Source of the DNA: Dehalococcoidia bacterium | Lineage (GTDB): Bacteria > Chloroflexota > Dehalococcoidia > SM23-28-2 > RBG-16-64-32 | DNA: 64,000 nucleotides | Direction: 5' to 3' | Assembly: GCA_963665775.2 (NCBI GenBank) | Contig: CAXXTF010000001.1 | Coordinates: forward strand, 128,001-192,000 | Shown: positions 1-10,254 of the stretch, one piece after another | How positions within the stretch are numbered: position 1 is the first letter of the stretch | Layout: each line of letters opens with the position of its first letter | Program-made: the position numbers and the translations under genes | Notes under the pieces: model-generated | Database searches by the model: none | Seen by the model: only the letters and a program-made list of their open reading frames with translations | Told to the model about the DNA's origin: nothing

Positions 1-28
1 CCTGCTTTCCGCGGAAGATCAGCTCCAT
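1..28 (-). CDS. 5' end of probable ribosome hibernation promoting factor (HPF/RaiA), runs off window
   Basis: Minus strand GGAGG (41-45) then ATG GAG CTG ATC TTC CGC GGA AAG CAG = MELIFRGKQ, an HPF-like N-terminus; comF-hpf is a common gene order. Only 9 codons are visible. Confidence 0.5.
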
Positions 29-125
29 CCCGCTACCGTACCTCCAGACCCAATATGAGCCTCCAGGTAATCTAATTGTAAGCCCAGCCTAGTGTCCCTT
101 CAAGCGTACTTACGCGTCCGGCCGC

Positions 126-839
126 TCAATCCTCCCGGGCGAAGGTCAGGGCGAAAACGGGCCCGGCGCCGCCGTCCAGCAGAACACGGGCGCAGGCGTC
201 CAGAGTGGCCCCGCTGGTCAGTACGTCGTCGACCAGCAGCACAGCCCCCTCCACCGCGGCCGGACCCAGCGCGAAAGCCGCGGCCACGTTCTGCCGCCTG
301 GCCGCCTCGCCGGTGCTGCGGGCCTGGGGCATCGTCGACCGCCGGCGCACCAGCGCCCCCGAAGCCAGGGGCAGGCCGCTCAGCCGGGAGAGCTCTCGAC
401 CCAACAGCTCCGACTGGTTGTAGCCGCGGAGCCGCCGCCGCTGCCCGGCCAGGGGTACCGGCACGATGACCCCCGCAGGTGGGACCCACTGACGAAGGCA
501 CTCGGCCATGGGCAGGGCCATGCTCTCAGCCAGAGCGGAGAGCCCCCGATACTTGAGGGCGTTAACCGCCTCCCGGGTGGCGCCCTCAAAGACGAAGGGG
601 CAGCGGGTAGCCTCAAGGTGGAACGCACGGTCGCGGCAGCGGTGGCAGGGGGCCTCCGGCTCTTGGCTCGGCACCCAGCAGGTCGGGCAGCGCGGTGGCG
701 CCGCCCTCGGTAGCGTGGCCAGGCAGATCGCGCACAGGAAGGCGCCGGTCGCCGCGCAACCCACGCAGCGCCGCGGGAACACCACGTCCAGCGCCCGCTC
801 CCAGAGGCCGCCGATCAGGGCCGACGGTTCCACACGCAT
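126..839 (-). CDS. comF: ComF family protein (double zinc ribbon + phosphoribosyltransferase domain)
   Basis: FPRRCVGC..LCAIC, CPTC..CHRC, RGYNQSELL, LLVDDVLTSGATL motifs. Confidence 0.92.
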   Translation of the reverse strand: MRVEPSALIGGLWERALDVVFPRRCVGCAATGAFLCAICLATLPRAAPPRCPTCWVPSQEPEAPCHRCRDRAFHLEATRCPFVFEGATREAVNALKYRGLSALAESMALPMAECLRQWVPPAGVIVPVPLAGQRRRLRGYNQSELLGRELSRLSGLPLASGALVRRRSTMPQARSTGEAARRQNVAAAFALGPAAVEGAVLLVDDVLTSGATLDACARVLLDGGAGPVFALTFARED

Positions 840-908
840 CGCCGCGATATTAGCAGCGCCCGCGGCGCTCGACAAGGGGCGGTCGTGCCCTGCCGACGCT
901 CCCGACCC

Positions 909-945
909 TTGACAGGAGGGAGGAGAGAACTGATACTTAGTATCG
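909..945 (+). promoter_or_regulatory. Sigma70-type promoter with overlapping Fur-family 7-1-7 operator
   Basis: TTGACA (909-914), 17 nt, GATACT (932-937); TGATACT-T-AGTATCG (931-945) resembles the Fur box TGATAAT-N-ATTATCA. Confidence 0.7.
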
Positions 946-952
946 ATACGTC

Positions 953-1387
953 ATGTCCCAGCTTCAATCTATCATCCAGCGCCTCGAGGCCAGCGGCTCC
1001 CGGCTGACCGCGTCCCGCCTGGCCGTATTGGCGGCCGTTATGGCCCAGAAAGGCCACTTCTCCGTGGAGGACGTGCTGCGTCGCTGCCCCAGCATCGGCC
1101 GGGCTACCGCGTTCCGAACGATGCGCCTCCTGGCGGAGATGGATATCGTTTGCCGAGTCCTGTTGGAGGACGGCAGCCTGCACTATCGGCTCTCGCGCCG
1201 CGGCCATCACCATCATCTGATTTGCCAGGCCTGTGGACGCGTCGAGGACCTGGATACCTGTATCGTAAACGACCTTGTGGAGGGGCTGTCGCGCTCGGCT
1301 GACTACGAGATCGACGGGCATTGGCTGGAGTTCTACGGCCGCTGCCGCACCTGTCGCAGTGTGGAAAAGGTCGCCGCGGCACAGTAG
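953..1387 (+). CDS. Fur family transcriptional regulator (Zur/Mur-like)
   Basis: RLTASR, HFSVED, HHHHLICQACG and C-terminal CRTC; heads a metal ABC operon. Confidence 0.93.
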   Translation: MSQLQSIIQRLEASGSRLTASRLAVLAAVMAQKGHFSVEDVLRRCPSIGRATAFRTMRLLAEMDIVCRVLLEDGSLHYRLSRRGHHHHLICQACGRVEDLDTCIVNDLVEGLSRSADYEIDGHWLEFYGRCRTCRSVEKVAAAQ

Positions 1388-1400
1388 CGATTTTTTCTGC

Positions 1401-2357
1401 ATGCAGATGAGACTACGTATCGAAAACCGCCTACCAACACCGCTGATGTTCGCCCTCCCCGTGGGCGCGGCCTCGATCCTCCTCGCCGCCTGCGGCAGCG
1501 CGGGCGGGGCATCCCCAGACGAAACCAATGGCAGCGCCCCAGCCCAGGTCAGGGTGGTGACCAGCCTTCCCCTGCTCGCTGATTTCGCCCGGCAAATAGG
1601 CGCCGCCCGGGTGGAAGTGGCCGCGCTGCTCCCGTCCGGGGCGGACCCGCACACGTTTCAACTCACCCCACGGGACGTACAGAGGATAACGGAGGCGGAG
1701 GTGGTGATCGTAAACGGTCTCGGCCTGGAGGCGCCGACACTACGCCTCATCGAGGCCAATTTGCAAAGCGACGCGACCCTGCTGCAACTGGCCGAGGAGG
1801 CCGTGGCGGCCGGGGCCGACTCTTTAGGCAACAACCCTCACCTCTGGCTGGACGTGGCGAACGCCCGCCTGTACGCCCACCTCATCAGGGACACCCTGGC
1901 GGAGGTCGATCCCCGGGGAGCGCAGGAGTACGAGACCAACTACCGGGGCTTTCTGGTAGAGCTGGATGACCTAGACCGATACGTTCGGGCGCAGGTCGCC
2001 GGTGTGTTGCCCGAACGGCGGAAGCTGGTGACCACCCACGACGCCTTTCCCTACTTGGCCCGCTACCTCGACTTTGAGGTGGTGGCTGTGGTCGCCCCTA
2101 GCCCGAACCAGGAGCCTAGCCCGCAAGACATCGCCGAGCTCGGCCGGGCCATCGGCCGGGAGGGCGTGGCGGCGGTCTTCGCCGAGCCGCAGTTGGGCTT
2201 CCAGGGAGAGATACTGACTCAGGCCGCCGCCGATGCCGGGGCGACGGTCTGCACCCTCTACGCTGATTCCCTGGACGACGAAGTGGAGAGCTACATCGAG
2301 ATGATGCGCTTCAACGCCCACGAGATCGCCCGCTGCCTGGAAGGGCGCGATGGCTAA
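1401..2357 (+). CDS. Zn/Mn ABC transporter substrate-binding lipoprotein (ZnuA/MntA family)
   Basis: Lipobox LLAAC; DPHTF, NPHLWLD, THDAFPY ligands; start uncertain (1401/1407/1446). Confidence 0.92.
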   Translation: MQMRLRIENRLPTPLMFALPVGAASILLAACGSAGGASPDETNGSAPAQVRVVTSLPLLADFARQIGAARVEVAALLPSGADPHTFQLTPRDVQRITEAEVVIVNGLGLEAPTLRLIEANLQSDATLLQLAEEAVAAGADSLGNNPHLWLDVANARLYAHLIRDTLAEVDPRGAQEYETNYRGFLVELDDLDRYVRAQVAGVLPERRKLVTTHDAFPYLARYLDFEVVAVVAPSPNQEPSPQDIAELGRAIGREGVAAVFAEPQLGFQGEILTQAAADAGATVCTLYADSLDDEVESYIEMMRFNAHEIARCLEGRDG

Positions 2358-3126
2358 ACAAGACGAAAACGGAGCGCCCGCAATAGAGGTGAGCGACGTG
2401 TGGGCCGGTTATGGACGGCAGGCAGCACTTGAGGGCGTCACCTTCTCCATAGAGCCCGGTTGCCTGGCTGGACTCGTGGGCCCTAACGGCTCCGGCAAAT
2501 CCACCCTCCTGCGGGTCATACTTGGCCTGCATAAACCATGGCGCGGCGCCGTCCACAGCTTCGGCGAACCTGCCGGTCAGCAGCGTGGACGGATCGGCTA
2601 CATGCCCCAATCGGAGCTGGTGGACTGGTCCTTCCCCGTTACCGGCCTGGATGTCGTCCTCATGGGCCGTTATGGACGCATCGGGCTCCTGCGAAAGCCC
2701 AGCCGCCGAGACCGGGAGATCGCCCTCGAGGCGCTGGAGCGGGTGCGTATGGCGGACCGGGCGCAACGGCGAATCAGCGACCTGTCCGGTGGCGAGCAGC
2801 GTCGCGTCCTCATCGCCCGCGCCCTGGCCCAGGAGGCGAATGTCCTACTCCTGGATGAGCCGTTCGCGGGGCTGGACGCCAGCGCCCAGCACGACCTTCT
2901 GGGCCTTTTCGACGACCTGCAGGGCGCCGGCCGCACCCTCTTCGTGGCCACCCACGATCTGTCCTGCGTGGCCAGCGCCTTCGATCACGCCGTCTTCCTG
3001 AACCGCAAGGTGATCGCCTTTGGACGGTTGCCCCAGGTGTTCACCGAGGAGATCCTCAACGAGACGTTTGAGCGTCATCTGCTGCTGGTCAACGTGGAAG
3101 GCAAGGTGTATGCCGCCCATAGATGA
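2350..3126 (+). CDS. Zn/Mn ABC transporter ATP-binding protein
   Basis: GPNGSGKST, LSGGEQRR, LLLDEPF, VATHD. Confidence 0.95.
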   Translation: MAKQDENGAPAIEVSDVWAGYGRQAALEGVTFSIEPGCLAGLVGPNGSGKSTLLRVILGLHKPWRGAVHSFGEPAGQQRGRIGYMPQSELVDWSFPVTGLDVVLMGRYGRIGLLRKPSRRDREIALEALERVRMADRAQRRISDLSGGEQRRVLIARALAQEANVLLLDEPFAGLDASAQHDLLGLFDDLQGAGRTLFVATHDLSCVASAFDHAVFLNRKVIAFGRLPQVFTEEILNETFERHLLLVNVEGKVYAAHR

Positions 3127-3988
3127 GGCCCTGGACATCCTGACGGAACCCTACGCCAGCGAGTTCATGCGTCGGGCCCTCATCGCCGCCGCCCTGGTAA
3201 GCGTGGTCGCCGCCGTGGTGGGCAGCTTCATCGTCCTCAAGGGGATGACCTTCGTGGGCGATGCCATTCCCCACGCCAGCTTCGGCGGCGTGGCCGTCGC
3301 CTTCGTGCTGGGGGCCAATCTGCAGCTCGGTGGCGCCATCGCCGCCCTCCTCGCCGCGCTGGCCGTCGGTTTCATCACCCGTAGAGGTTTCGTACGACAC
3401 GATACGGCCATCGGAATCATCCTCCTGGCCGGCTTCGCCCTCGGCATCCTCATCGTGAGCCGCCAGAGCGGCTATACCGTAGACCTGTTCAGCTTCGTCT
3501 TCGGCAATGTGCTGGCGGTGACCTGGACCGACGTCTGGATAATCGTGGGACTGGGCGGCCTGATTCTGGCCGTGATAGGCCTGTTCTATAAGGAGCTTCT
3601 CTTCACCGCCTACGACCCCAACATGGCCGCCGCAGCCGGGGTGCCCGTAGCGATAATCCACTACGCCCTTCTGGCCCTTGTGGGCCTTACCGTGGTCATC
3701 GGACTCCAGGTGATGGGGATCGTCCTGGTGCTGGCCGTCCTGGTGGCGCCGGCCGCCACGGCGCAGCTTCTGGCCCGCAGCCTGCCCGGCATGATGGCGA
3801 TAGGTTCTCTCGTCGGCGTCGCCTCCGCCCTTAGCGGCCTCTACATCGCCTGGTACGCCGACGTCTCCGCCAGCGCCGCCATCGTCCTGGTATCGACGGG
3901 GATATTTCTCGTCGCCTTCCTCCTGGCCCCAGACCACGGGCTACTGCGATCGCAGGGCCCCGCCATCGAAGACGTTGCCGCAGACTAA
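3110..3988 (+). CDS. Zn/Mn ABC transporter permease (ZnuB/MntB family)
   Basis: GDAIPHASFGG, DLFSFVFGNVL, FYKELLFTAYDP; multiple TM segments; ATG overlaps upstream gene. Confidence 0.93.
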   Translation: MPPIDEALDILTEPYASEFMRRALIAAALVSVVAAVVGSFIVLKGMTFVGDAIPHASFGGVAVAFVLGANLQLGGAIAALLAALAVGFITRRGFVRHDTAIGIILLAGFALGILIVSRQSGYTVDLFSFVFGNVLAVTWTDVWIIVGLGGLILAVIGLFYKELLFTAYDPNMAAAAGVPVAIIHYALLALVGLTVVIGLQVMGIVLVLAVLVAPAATAQLLARSLPGMMAIGSLVGVASALSGLYIAWYADVSASAAIVLVSTGIFLVAFLLAPDHGLLRSQGPAIEDVAAD

Positions 3989-4144
3989 GCATACGACAGA
4001 CCGGGAGCGGCGCCGAAGAAGGGCCAACGACCTCGTGACACCGGAGCGCTGGAGGGATTCCGTGCCGCCACATATAATGTTCGCGGGCACGCCCCTACAG
4101 TGGCGCGGCGTCAGCAGGCCGGAACGGCCGGGAAGGCAGCTCCA

Positions 4145-5161
4145 GTGGATGAGGTGATCCTCCGCTTGGAGGATCTCAGGGTCGAATTCGCCACCCCTGA
4201 TGGGATGGTCAAGGCCGTTAACGGCGTATCGCTATCGCTGAAGCGGGGAACGACCCTGGCGATCACGGGAGAAAGCGGCGCCGGCAAGACCTCCTTGGGT
4301 CTGGCCATAGTCAACCTCCTGCCGGCAGCCGGACGCATTGTGGACGGGCGCATCCACTTTCGGGATATGGACATCCTCTCGCTCTCCAAGGAAGAGTTGC
4401 GCCGTGTCCGGGGCCGCCAGATCGGCATGATCTTTCAGGACGCAACCACGAGCCTGAACCCGATTCTCTCTATCGGGCAGCAGGTCGAGGAGATGATCAC
4501 CACCCACATGGACGTGCCCCGGCGAGAGGCCAAGACGCGGACCCTCGATCTTCTGGCCCAGGTGGGCCTGCCCGATCCGGAAGAGGTAGTGAAACGCTAC
4601 CCCATGCACCTGTCAGGCGGCATGGCGCAAAGGGTGATGATAGCGATTGCTACGGCCCTGAATCCCGATCTCCTCATCGCCGATGAGCCGACCTCGGCCC
4701 TGGATGTGACGGTGCAGGCCGCGATCCTGGCTGAGCTAGCCCAATTGCAGCGGCGCCACGGAACATCGATTCTCCTCATCACCCACGACCTCGGGGTGGT
4801 TGCCCAGATGGCCGATGAAGTGGCCGTGATGTACGCCGGCTCCATCGTGGAGAGAGCTACCGTAACCACCGTGTTCGAGCGACCGCGCCACCCGTACACG
4901 TGGGCCCTCCTGGCCAGCCGGCCCCGTTGGGACATTGAGTCGCGCAAGCCCCTGCCATTGATACGCGGCGCCTCCCCTAACCTGACCCAGCTCCCCAGGG
5001 AGTGCGCGTACCTGCCCCGCTGCCCCAAGGCGACCAACATCTGCCGCATGGAGCCGGCGCCGCCGCTGGAGGAGCAGGAGCGCGACCATCCCGTCGCCTG
5101 CTATAACCCCGTATTCCACGATAGTGACGCCGACAGCGCAAGCGGCGGGGCAGACGACTAG
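4145..5161 (+). CDS. Oligopeptide/dipeptide ABC transporter ATP-binding protein (OppD/DppD family), orphan
   Basis: [35 protein letters not shown]-terminal Cys cluster. Confidence 0.92.
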   Translation: MDEVILRLEDLRVEFATPDGMVKAVNGVSLSLKRGTTLAITGESGAGKTSLGLAIVNLLPAAGRIVDGRIHFRDMDILSLSKEELRRVRGRQIGMIFQDATTSLNPILSIGQQVEEMITTHMDVPRREAKTRTLDLLAQVGLPDPEEVVKRYPMHLSGGMAQRVMIAIATALNPDLLIADEPTSALDVTVQAAILAELAQLQRRHGTSILLITHDLGVVAQMADEVAVMYAGSIVERATVTTVFERPRHPYTWALLASRPRWDIESRKPLPLIRGASPNLTQLPRECAYLPRCPKATNICRMEPAPPLEEQERDHPVACYNPVFHDSDADSASGGADD

Positions 5162-6162
5162 ACGGCCCGCGCAGGGGCCACGCCCAACGCCTGCACCAGG
5201 AGCTCCAGCGCCAGCTCCTCATCGTAGATTCCGCGCTTGATCGCCACATCGGCCTCCAAGAGGTGTCGATAGGCCCTTCGCACGCCCGACAGGGGATGAC
5301 GGGCGGCCTGCTCCAACAGCTTCTCCAGACCGTAGTGGGAGGCGCCGAGCTGCTGGCCGATGGCGCGCGAGGTGGCGCCGCCATCGAGCATCTCGCGGGC
5401 GATGGCCAGGCGACGGTATTGACGCTGCAGCATGGAGAGGACGTACGAGGCCTCTCTTCCTTGAGCGAAGAGCCGTCGAAGAAGCTTCAAAGCTGCTGAG
5501 GGCCTCCCCTCAACGATCGCATCGAGGAGGCCCCATATCTCTATATCGCCGGCGCTAACCAGGGCCCGCACGTCTTCCTCACGCACGGGCTGGCCGTTGG
5601 CGTAGGCGGCCAGCTTCTCCAGTTCGGCGGCCAGCGTCCACAGGTCGTTGTCGACCAGGCTGACCAGAAGGCTGACGGCGCGCCGGTCGATCCGCAGGCC
5701 CAGAGCCTGAGCGCGGCGCTGGATCCAGTCAGGCAGGGCGCCACGCTGAGGGGGACGGAACTGTCGAACCCGGCCCTTACCGCTGAGGGCGCTAAGAAGC
5801 GGGCCCCCGGACGGCACATCCCCATCCACGAGCACCAACGTCGTGGTGGCGGGCATCCTGTCAACGCAGTCGACCAGGGCCTGCCAGGGGCCCTCGTCCG
5901 CCGGCGCCGACGGCCGCCGCGAGCGCCTTCCCTGCGGGCCTCGACCCACGTGCTGAAGGAGCCCTTCGACGATGACCAGCCGCTGGGAGGAGGAGAAGGG
6001 TGCGCTTTCACAGGCCGCCACGACCTCCTGCGGCGTAACCTGCCGGCCGTCAAAGACCGAGGTGCCCGATTCCAGCATGCCGTCGCTGTCGAGTTCAGCC
6101 TTGAGCGCCCGCAGCGCCTCACGCTGGGAGAAGGAGTCCGGGCCGAAGAAGATGTGCAACAT
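5158..6162 (-). CDS. holA: DNA polymerase III delta subunit
   Basis: MLHIFFGPDSF, PF...RLVIVEG, ELEKL, ADVAIKRG. Confidence 0.9.
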   Translation of the reverse strand: MLHIFFGPDSFSQREALRALKAELDSDGMLESGTSVFDGRQVTPQEVVAACESAPFSSSQRLVIVEGLLQHVGRGPQGRRSRRPSAPADEGPWQALVDCVDRMPATTTLVLVDGDVPSGGPLLSALSGKGRVRQFRPPQRGALPDWIQRRAQALGLRIDRRAVSLLVSLVDNDLWTLAAELEKLAAYANGQPVREEDVRALVSAGDIEIWGLLDAIVEGRPSAALKLLRRLFAQGREASYVLSMLQRQYRRLAIAREMLDGGATSRAIGQQLGASHYGLEKLLEQAARHPLSGVRRAYRHLLEADVAIKRGIYDEELALELLVQALGVAPARAV

Positions 6163-6223
6163 GCGGCCCAAGGGTAGCACAGGAGCGACGGAGCGGGACG
6201 ATCCCTCGGAAGGCCGAACGGGC

Positions 6224-7168
6224 TCAGGACGCTTCCGAGGACCTATACGCCACGATGGCGCGCCAGCCGTGATCCTCTAGCACCCGATCCAGGGCTAGGC
6301 CACCCTCCGCAAGGGCGCGGGAAAGCCCCTCGACGGCCTCCTCCAGGAAGCCGCTGGCGATGAGGCAGCCGCCGGGCCGGACGGCGCGGGCCAGGACGGG
6401 AGCCAGCCGCTCGATGGCCAGGCTACTGATGTTGGCCACGACCAGATCGAACGCCTCTCGGGGGGCGTCCGCCGCGCCCAGTGTGCCCTCGCCAGCCTGA
6501 ACGACCGCCTCCACGCCGTTGGCAGCGGCATTCTCGCGGGCGGCCTTGACGGCCAGAGGGTCGAGGTCGAGGGCCAGGACGCGGGCGGCGCCGAGCTTGG
6601 CGGCGGCGATAGCCAGGATGCCGGAGCCGGTGCCGAGGTCCAGCAGGCGCATACCGGGATGCAGCATCTCCTCCAGGGCGCGCAGGCACATCGCCGTGGT
6701 GGGGTGCTGACCGGTGCCGAACGCCATGCCTGGATCGATCTCGATAACGATCTCCCCGGCGCGGGGGGCGTAGCGGCTCCAGGACGGCTTGACGACGAGA
6801 TTGCGACCCAGCCGCTGCAGGCCGAAGTATCGCTTCCAGGAGTGGCGCCAGGACCGCTCGGCGAGACGGCGGGCGCGCCGCCATCGAGGCGGGCCCTGAA
6901 GGGGGGCCAGACTCAGGGCCAGGCGCAGGGAGCGACGGAGGCGAACGGAATCGGGGCCGGCGGGCAGGTATCCCTTTACCAGGGCGCGGGAATCGCCGTC
7001 CACTACATACCCCTCGCCGGAGGGATCGGGCCGGACGGTGGGCTCGATAGAGACGCCTCCTGGGCAACTCTGGCGGAAGATGTCGGCCGCCAGCTCGGAA
7101 TCGATGCCGGCCACCTGAACGGCGATCTCCAGCCAGTGGCCGGCTGCGAGGCCGGCAGAGGGAGCCAC
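6224..7168 (-). CDS. prmA: Ribosomal protein L11 methyltransferase
   Basis: IDPGMAFGTGQHPTT, LDLGTGSGIL, VVANI; follows dnaJ; GTG start inferred. Confidence 0.93.
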   Translation of the reverse strand: MAPSAGLAAGHWLEIAVQVAGIDSELAADIFRQSCPGGVSIEPTVRPDPSGEGYVVDGDSRALVKGYLPAGPDSVRLRRSLRLALSLAPLQGPPRWRRARRLAERSWRHSWKRYFGLQRLGRNLVVKPSWSRYAPRAGEIVIEIDPGMAFGTGQHPTTAMCLRALEEMLHPGMRLLDLGTGSGILAIAAAKLGAARVLALDLDPLAVKAARENAAANGVEAVVQAGEGTLGAADAPREAFDLVVANISSLAIERLAPVLARAVRPGGCLIASGFLEEAVEGLSRALAEGGLALDRVLEDHGWRAIVAYRSSEAS

Positions 7169-7172
7169 GACG

Positions 7173-8294
7173 CTAGCCGAGGGCGTCCTTGATCTTGCCC
7201 AGGAAGCCCTTGTCAGCGTCGGAAACGGGAGTGCCGAAGGTCTCCGCCAGGCGGTACAGAAGCTCTCGCTGCTCATCGTTGAGCTCGGTGGGGATAACGA
7301 TGCTTGTCCGCACCAGGAGATCGCCGCGGCCGCTGCCATGGAGGCGAGGGACGCCCTTGCCCTTCAGGACGAAGAGGCGTCCGTTCTGGCTGCCGGAGGG
7401 GATCTTCAGGGTGGCCGGGTCGCCATCCAGGGTCGGGATCTCAGCGGCGAAGCCCAGGGCGGCCTGAGCTGGGTTCATCTCCAGGTCGTAAACCAGGTCA
7501 TCGTCATCCCGCTGGAAGAGGGGATGCGGACGGACGTTGATGTTCACGTAGAGGTGGCCGGGGCTACCGCCGCTTGAGCCCACGTCGCCCTCACCGGAGA
7601 GGCGCATGCGGGAACCGTCGCTGATCCCGGCCGGGATGTTAACCAGGAGCGAGCGCTGCTCGCGCTGGCGTCCGGAGCCGCGGCAGTCCTTGCAGGGATT
7701 AGTGATGATGCGGCCCTCGCCGCGGCACTGGGTGCAGGTGGCAACGTTGACGAACTGGCCGAAGAAGGTGCGGCTCATCCGGCGGACCTGGCCGCTGCCC
7801 TCGCAGGTGGGGCAACGGGTGGCCTGGGCGCCCGGCTCGCTGCCGGAGCCGCCACAGCGGTTACAGCGCTCGACCCGTTCGATCTCGATCTCGCGCTCGC
7901 AGCCGAAAGCGGCCTCCTCGAAATCGATCTCCAGCTCCAGGCGACGGTCGGCGCCCCGCTGAGCCTGCTGTTGCCGGGTTGAGGTGCCGCCGCCGAAGAC
8001 GGCGTCGAAGATATCGCCGAAGCCGCCGAAATCGAACCCCTCGAAGGGGCGGCCGAACTCCATGCCCGTGAGGCCGGCGTGGCCAAAGCGGTCGTAGGCG
8101 GCCCGTTTCTCAGAGTCCGAGAGCACTTCGTAGGCCTCGCCGATCTCCTTGAACCTGGCCTCGGCGTCAGCCTCTTTATTGCGATCAGGGTGGTACTGCA
8201 TGGCCAGGCGACGGAACGCCTTCTTGATATCGTCCCCGGAGGCGCCCTGGGGGACGCCAAGCACCTCGTAGTAGTCACGCTTCGTTTGTGCCAT
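7173..8294 (-). CDS. dnaJ: Chaperone DnaJ
   Basis: J domain with HPD, G/F region, four CxxCxGxG repeats. Confidence 0.97.
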   Translation of the reverse strand: MAQTKRDYYEVLGVPQGASGDDIKKAFRRLAMQYHPDRNKEADAEARFKEIGEAYEVLSDSEKRAAYDRFGHAGLTGMEFGRPFEGFDFGGFGDIFDAVFGGGTSTRQQQAQRGADRRLELEIDFEEAAFGCEREIEIERVERCNRCGGSGSEPGAQATRCPTCEGSGQVRRMSRTFFGQFVNVATCTQCRGEGRIITNPCKDCRGSGRQREQRSLLVNIPAGISDGSRMRLSGEGDVGSSGGSPGHLYVNINVRPHPLFQRDDDDLVYDLEMNPAQAALGFAAEIPTLDGDPATLKIPSGSQNGRLFVLKGKGVPRLHGSGRGDLLVRTSIVIPTELNDEQRELLYRLAETFGTPVSDADKGFLGKIKDALG

Positions 8295-8354
8295 ATCCAG
8301 ACCATTTTATCAGAGAATGAAGTCTAGACGTTAGGGGGTAAAGGCCCAAACCGT

Positions 8355-8383
8355 TTGACGCGCTGGCATGCTCCTTCTACAAT
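8355..8383 (+). promoter_or_regulatory. Sigma70-type promoter
   Basis: TTGACG-17 nt-TACAAT upstream of the Trm112-like gene. Confidence 0.55.
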
Positions 8384-8405
8384 GATACGGCGAGGTACCC
8401 TTTCC

Positions 8406-8594
8406 GTGCGAAGAGACCTGGTCGATATTCTGGCTTGTCCCGTCTGCAAAAGCCCCCTCAACCTCGACATCGAAGAGGAGACCGAGCAGGAGGTCGTGAG
8501 CGGTCACCTGACCTGTCAACAGTGCTCCGAGCGTTATCCCATCGAGGACCGTATTCCCAACCTTCTGCCCCCAGAGCTACGCCACAGCAGCTAA
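8406..8594 (+). CDS. Trm112-like (YcaR/UPF0434) small protein
   Basis: LVDILACPVCK...LTCQQC..YPIEDRIPNLL. Confidence 0.9.
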   Translation: MRRDLVDILACPVCKSPLNLDIEEETEQEVVSGHLTCQQCSERYPIEDRIPNLLPPELRHSS

Positions 8595-8604
8595 GAGGTT
8601 CGCC

Positions 8605-8829
8605 ATGGAGAAGTCCCAGACCACCGGCCTCATCATCATGATCGTGGCCGTCTTTCAGATGGTCGTGTTCCTCTGGGCGGCGCTCCGTCGTAGCTACCTG
8701 GCGTTGGCCGTGCCCGTCCTGAGTGCCCTCGCCGCCATCACCGCCATCGCCTTCTGGATCGGCTGGACGATGTTCACCGACGAAGGTGAGGCGGCGGAAG
8801 AGACCACGGAGGAGCCGCCCGCGGCCTAG
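8605..8829 (+). CDS. Small two-TM membrane protein, unknown function
   Basis: GAGG SD, two hydrophobic helices, acidic tail, host-like codon usage. Confidence 0.75.
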   Translation: MEKSQTTGLIIMIVAVFQMVVFLWAALRRSYLALAVPVLSALAAITAIAFWIGWTMFTDEGEAAEETTEEPPAA

Positions 8830-9362
8830 CCCGCTGGGCGAAACGCTTCTCCCCTCGGTCCCGCCGGCCCGGCCCATTTCGCTCCGGCAATCCGCCGCAC
8901 CCCCTCCTCACTCGCCGCTTCACACAGCTCCCGCATCGTCCGGCCCAGAGCGGGATGCTGCAATTCCGCCGCGATCTCCGCCAGCGGCATCAGCACGAAG
9001 GCACGCTCTGCCAGGAGCGGGTGGGGGATGGCCAGCCCATCCTCGTCCAGGAGGCGCTCCTCGTAAAGCAGGATATCCAGATCGATGGGCCGCGGCCCCC
9101 AGCGCTCCCCCCCCGGCCGCCGGCCGATCTCCTGCTCCAGGCTCTGCAGGAAGCGCAGGAGCGGTCGTGGCTCGAGCCCCACCTCGACGCGGCAGACGGC
9201 GTTGTAGAAGGGCGGCTGCCGCGGGCCGCCGGCCGGTTCGGCTTCGTACAGCGACGAGACGGCCTCCAGCCGGGCCATGCGGCTAAGGCCGCGCAGAGCC
9301 ATGCGCAGGTTCGCCTCGCGGTTTCCCAGGTTCGCACCCAGCCCCAGGTAGACGGTCGCCAC
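8826..9362 (-). CDS. folK: 2-amino-4-hydroxy-6-hydroxymethyldihydropteridine diphosphokinase
   Basis: YLGLGANLG, FYNAV, RWGPRPIDLDIL, IPHP..ERAFVL. Confidence 0.96.
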   Translation of the reverse strand: MATVYLGLGANLGNREANLRMALRGLSRMARLEAVSSLYEAEPAGGPRQPPFYNAVCRVEVGLEPRPLLRFLQSLEQEIGRRPGGERWGPRPIDLDILLYEERLLDEDGLAIPHPLLAERAFVLMPLAEIAAELQHPALGRTMRELCEAASEEGVRRIAGAKWAGPAGPRGEAFRPAG

Positions 9363-9411
9363 TAGTCGCTCCCTCTGCGGCTCATCTGGTACCAGCCCGA
9401 CGTCCCAGCGC

Positions 9412-10254
9412 TCACTGGCGGCGCCACCCGCGCACTACCGCGTCCGCCATCCGGGCCACCCGCGCCATCTCCTTTACGTCATGCACGCGGACGATATCAA
9501 CGCCATTGGCGATAGCAAGCGCCACGGTGGCCGCCGTCCCTTCCAGCCGCTCCTCCACCGGCAGGCCCAGCACCGTCCCGATGGTGGACTTGCGAGAGGT
9601 GCCGACGAGAATCGGACGGCCCAGGGCCCGCAGCTCGCTTAGCCGCCGCAGCATCTCCAGCGCCTGCTCCTCCGTCCAACCGAAGTTGAACCCCGGGTCC
9701 ACGATGACCCGCTCCTCCGGCAACCCCTGCTCCCGGGCGACGCGCAGGCTCTCCAGCAGGCCGGCCACCACATCGGCGATGACGTCGTGGTAGTCGCGGC
9801 CCCGCTGGTTATGCATGGCCACCGCCGGCGCTCCGAACTCCGCCGCCGCCCGCGCCACGCCCGGCCCCCGGCGAAACCCTTCAACATCGTTCACCAGGTG
9901 CGCTCCCGCCGAAAGGGCGGCCCGCGCTACCTCCGCCTTCGACGTATCGATGCTGATAGGCAGATCGATCTCTCGCACCAACCGCTCTATGACCGGCACG
10001 GTGCGCCTGATCTCCTCCTCCACCGGGATGGGCTGAAAGCCGGGCCGCGTCGACTCTCCCCCCACATCGACGATGTCCGCCCCTTCGCGAGCCATCGCTA
10101 CGGCCCGGCGCAGCGCAGCGTCGACGTCCGTCACGCCGTCCCCCGAAAAGGAGTCCGGGGTCACGTTCACTATCCCCATGATGTATGTGCGTCGACCCCA
10201 GACGAACTCTCGGCCGCGTATGGCGATGCTCTCCGGATGAGCTAGCCGCTGCAC
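9412..10254 (-). CDS. folP: Dihydropteroate synthase
   Basis: MGIVNVTPDSFSGDG, GGESTRPG, DPG, SRKS, VRVHDV. Confidence 0.97.
   Translation of the reverse strand: MQRLAHPESIAIRGREFVWGRRTYIMGIVNVTPDSFSGDGVTDVDAALRRAVAMAREGADIVDVGGESTRPGFQPIPVEEEIRRTVPVIERLVREIDLPISIDTSKAEVARAALSAGAHLVNDVEGFRRGPGVARAAAEFGAPAVAMHNQRGRDYHDVIADVVAGLLESLRVAREQGLPEERVIVDPGFNFGWTEEQALEMLRRLSELRALGRPILVGTSRKSTIGTVLGLPVEERLEGTAATVALAIANGVDIVRVHDVKEMARVARMADAVVRGWRRQ

Noticed and set aside
4145-5161. Orphan OppD-type ATPase as part of a novel system
   Set aside because: Dispersed peptide-ABC components are common, and nothing links it to its neighbours
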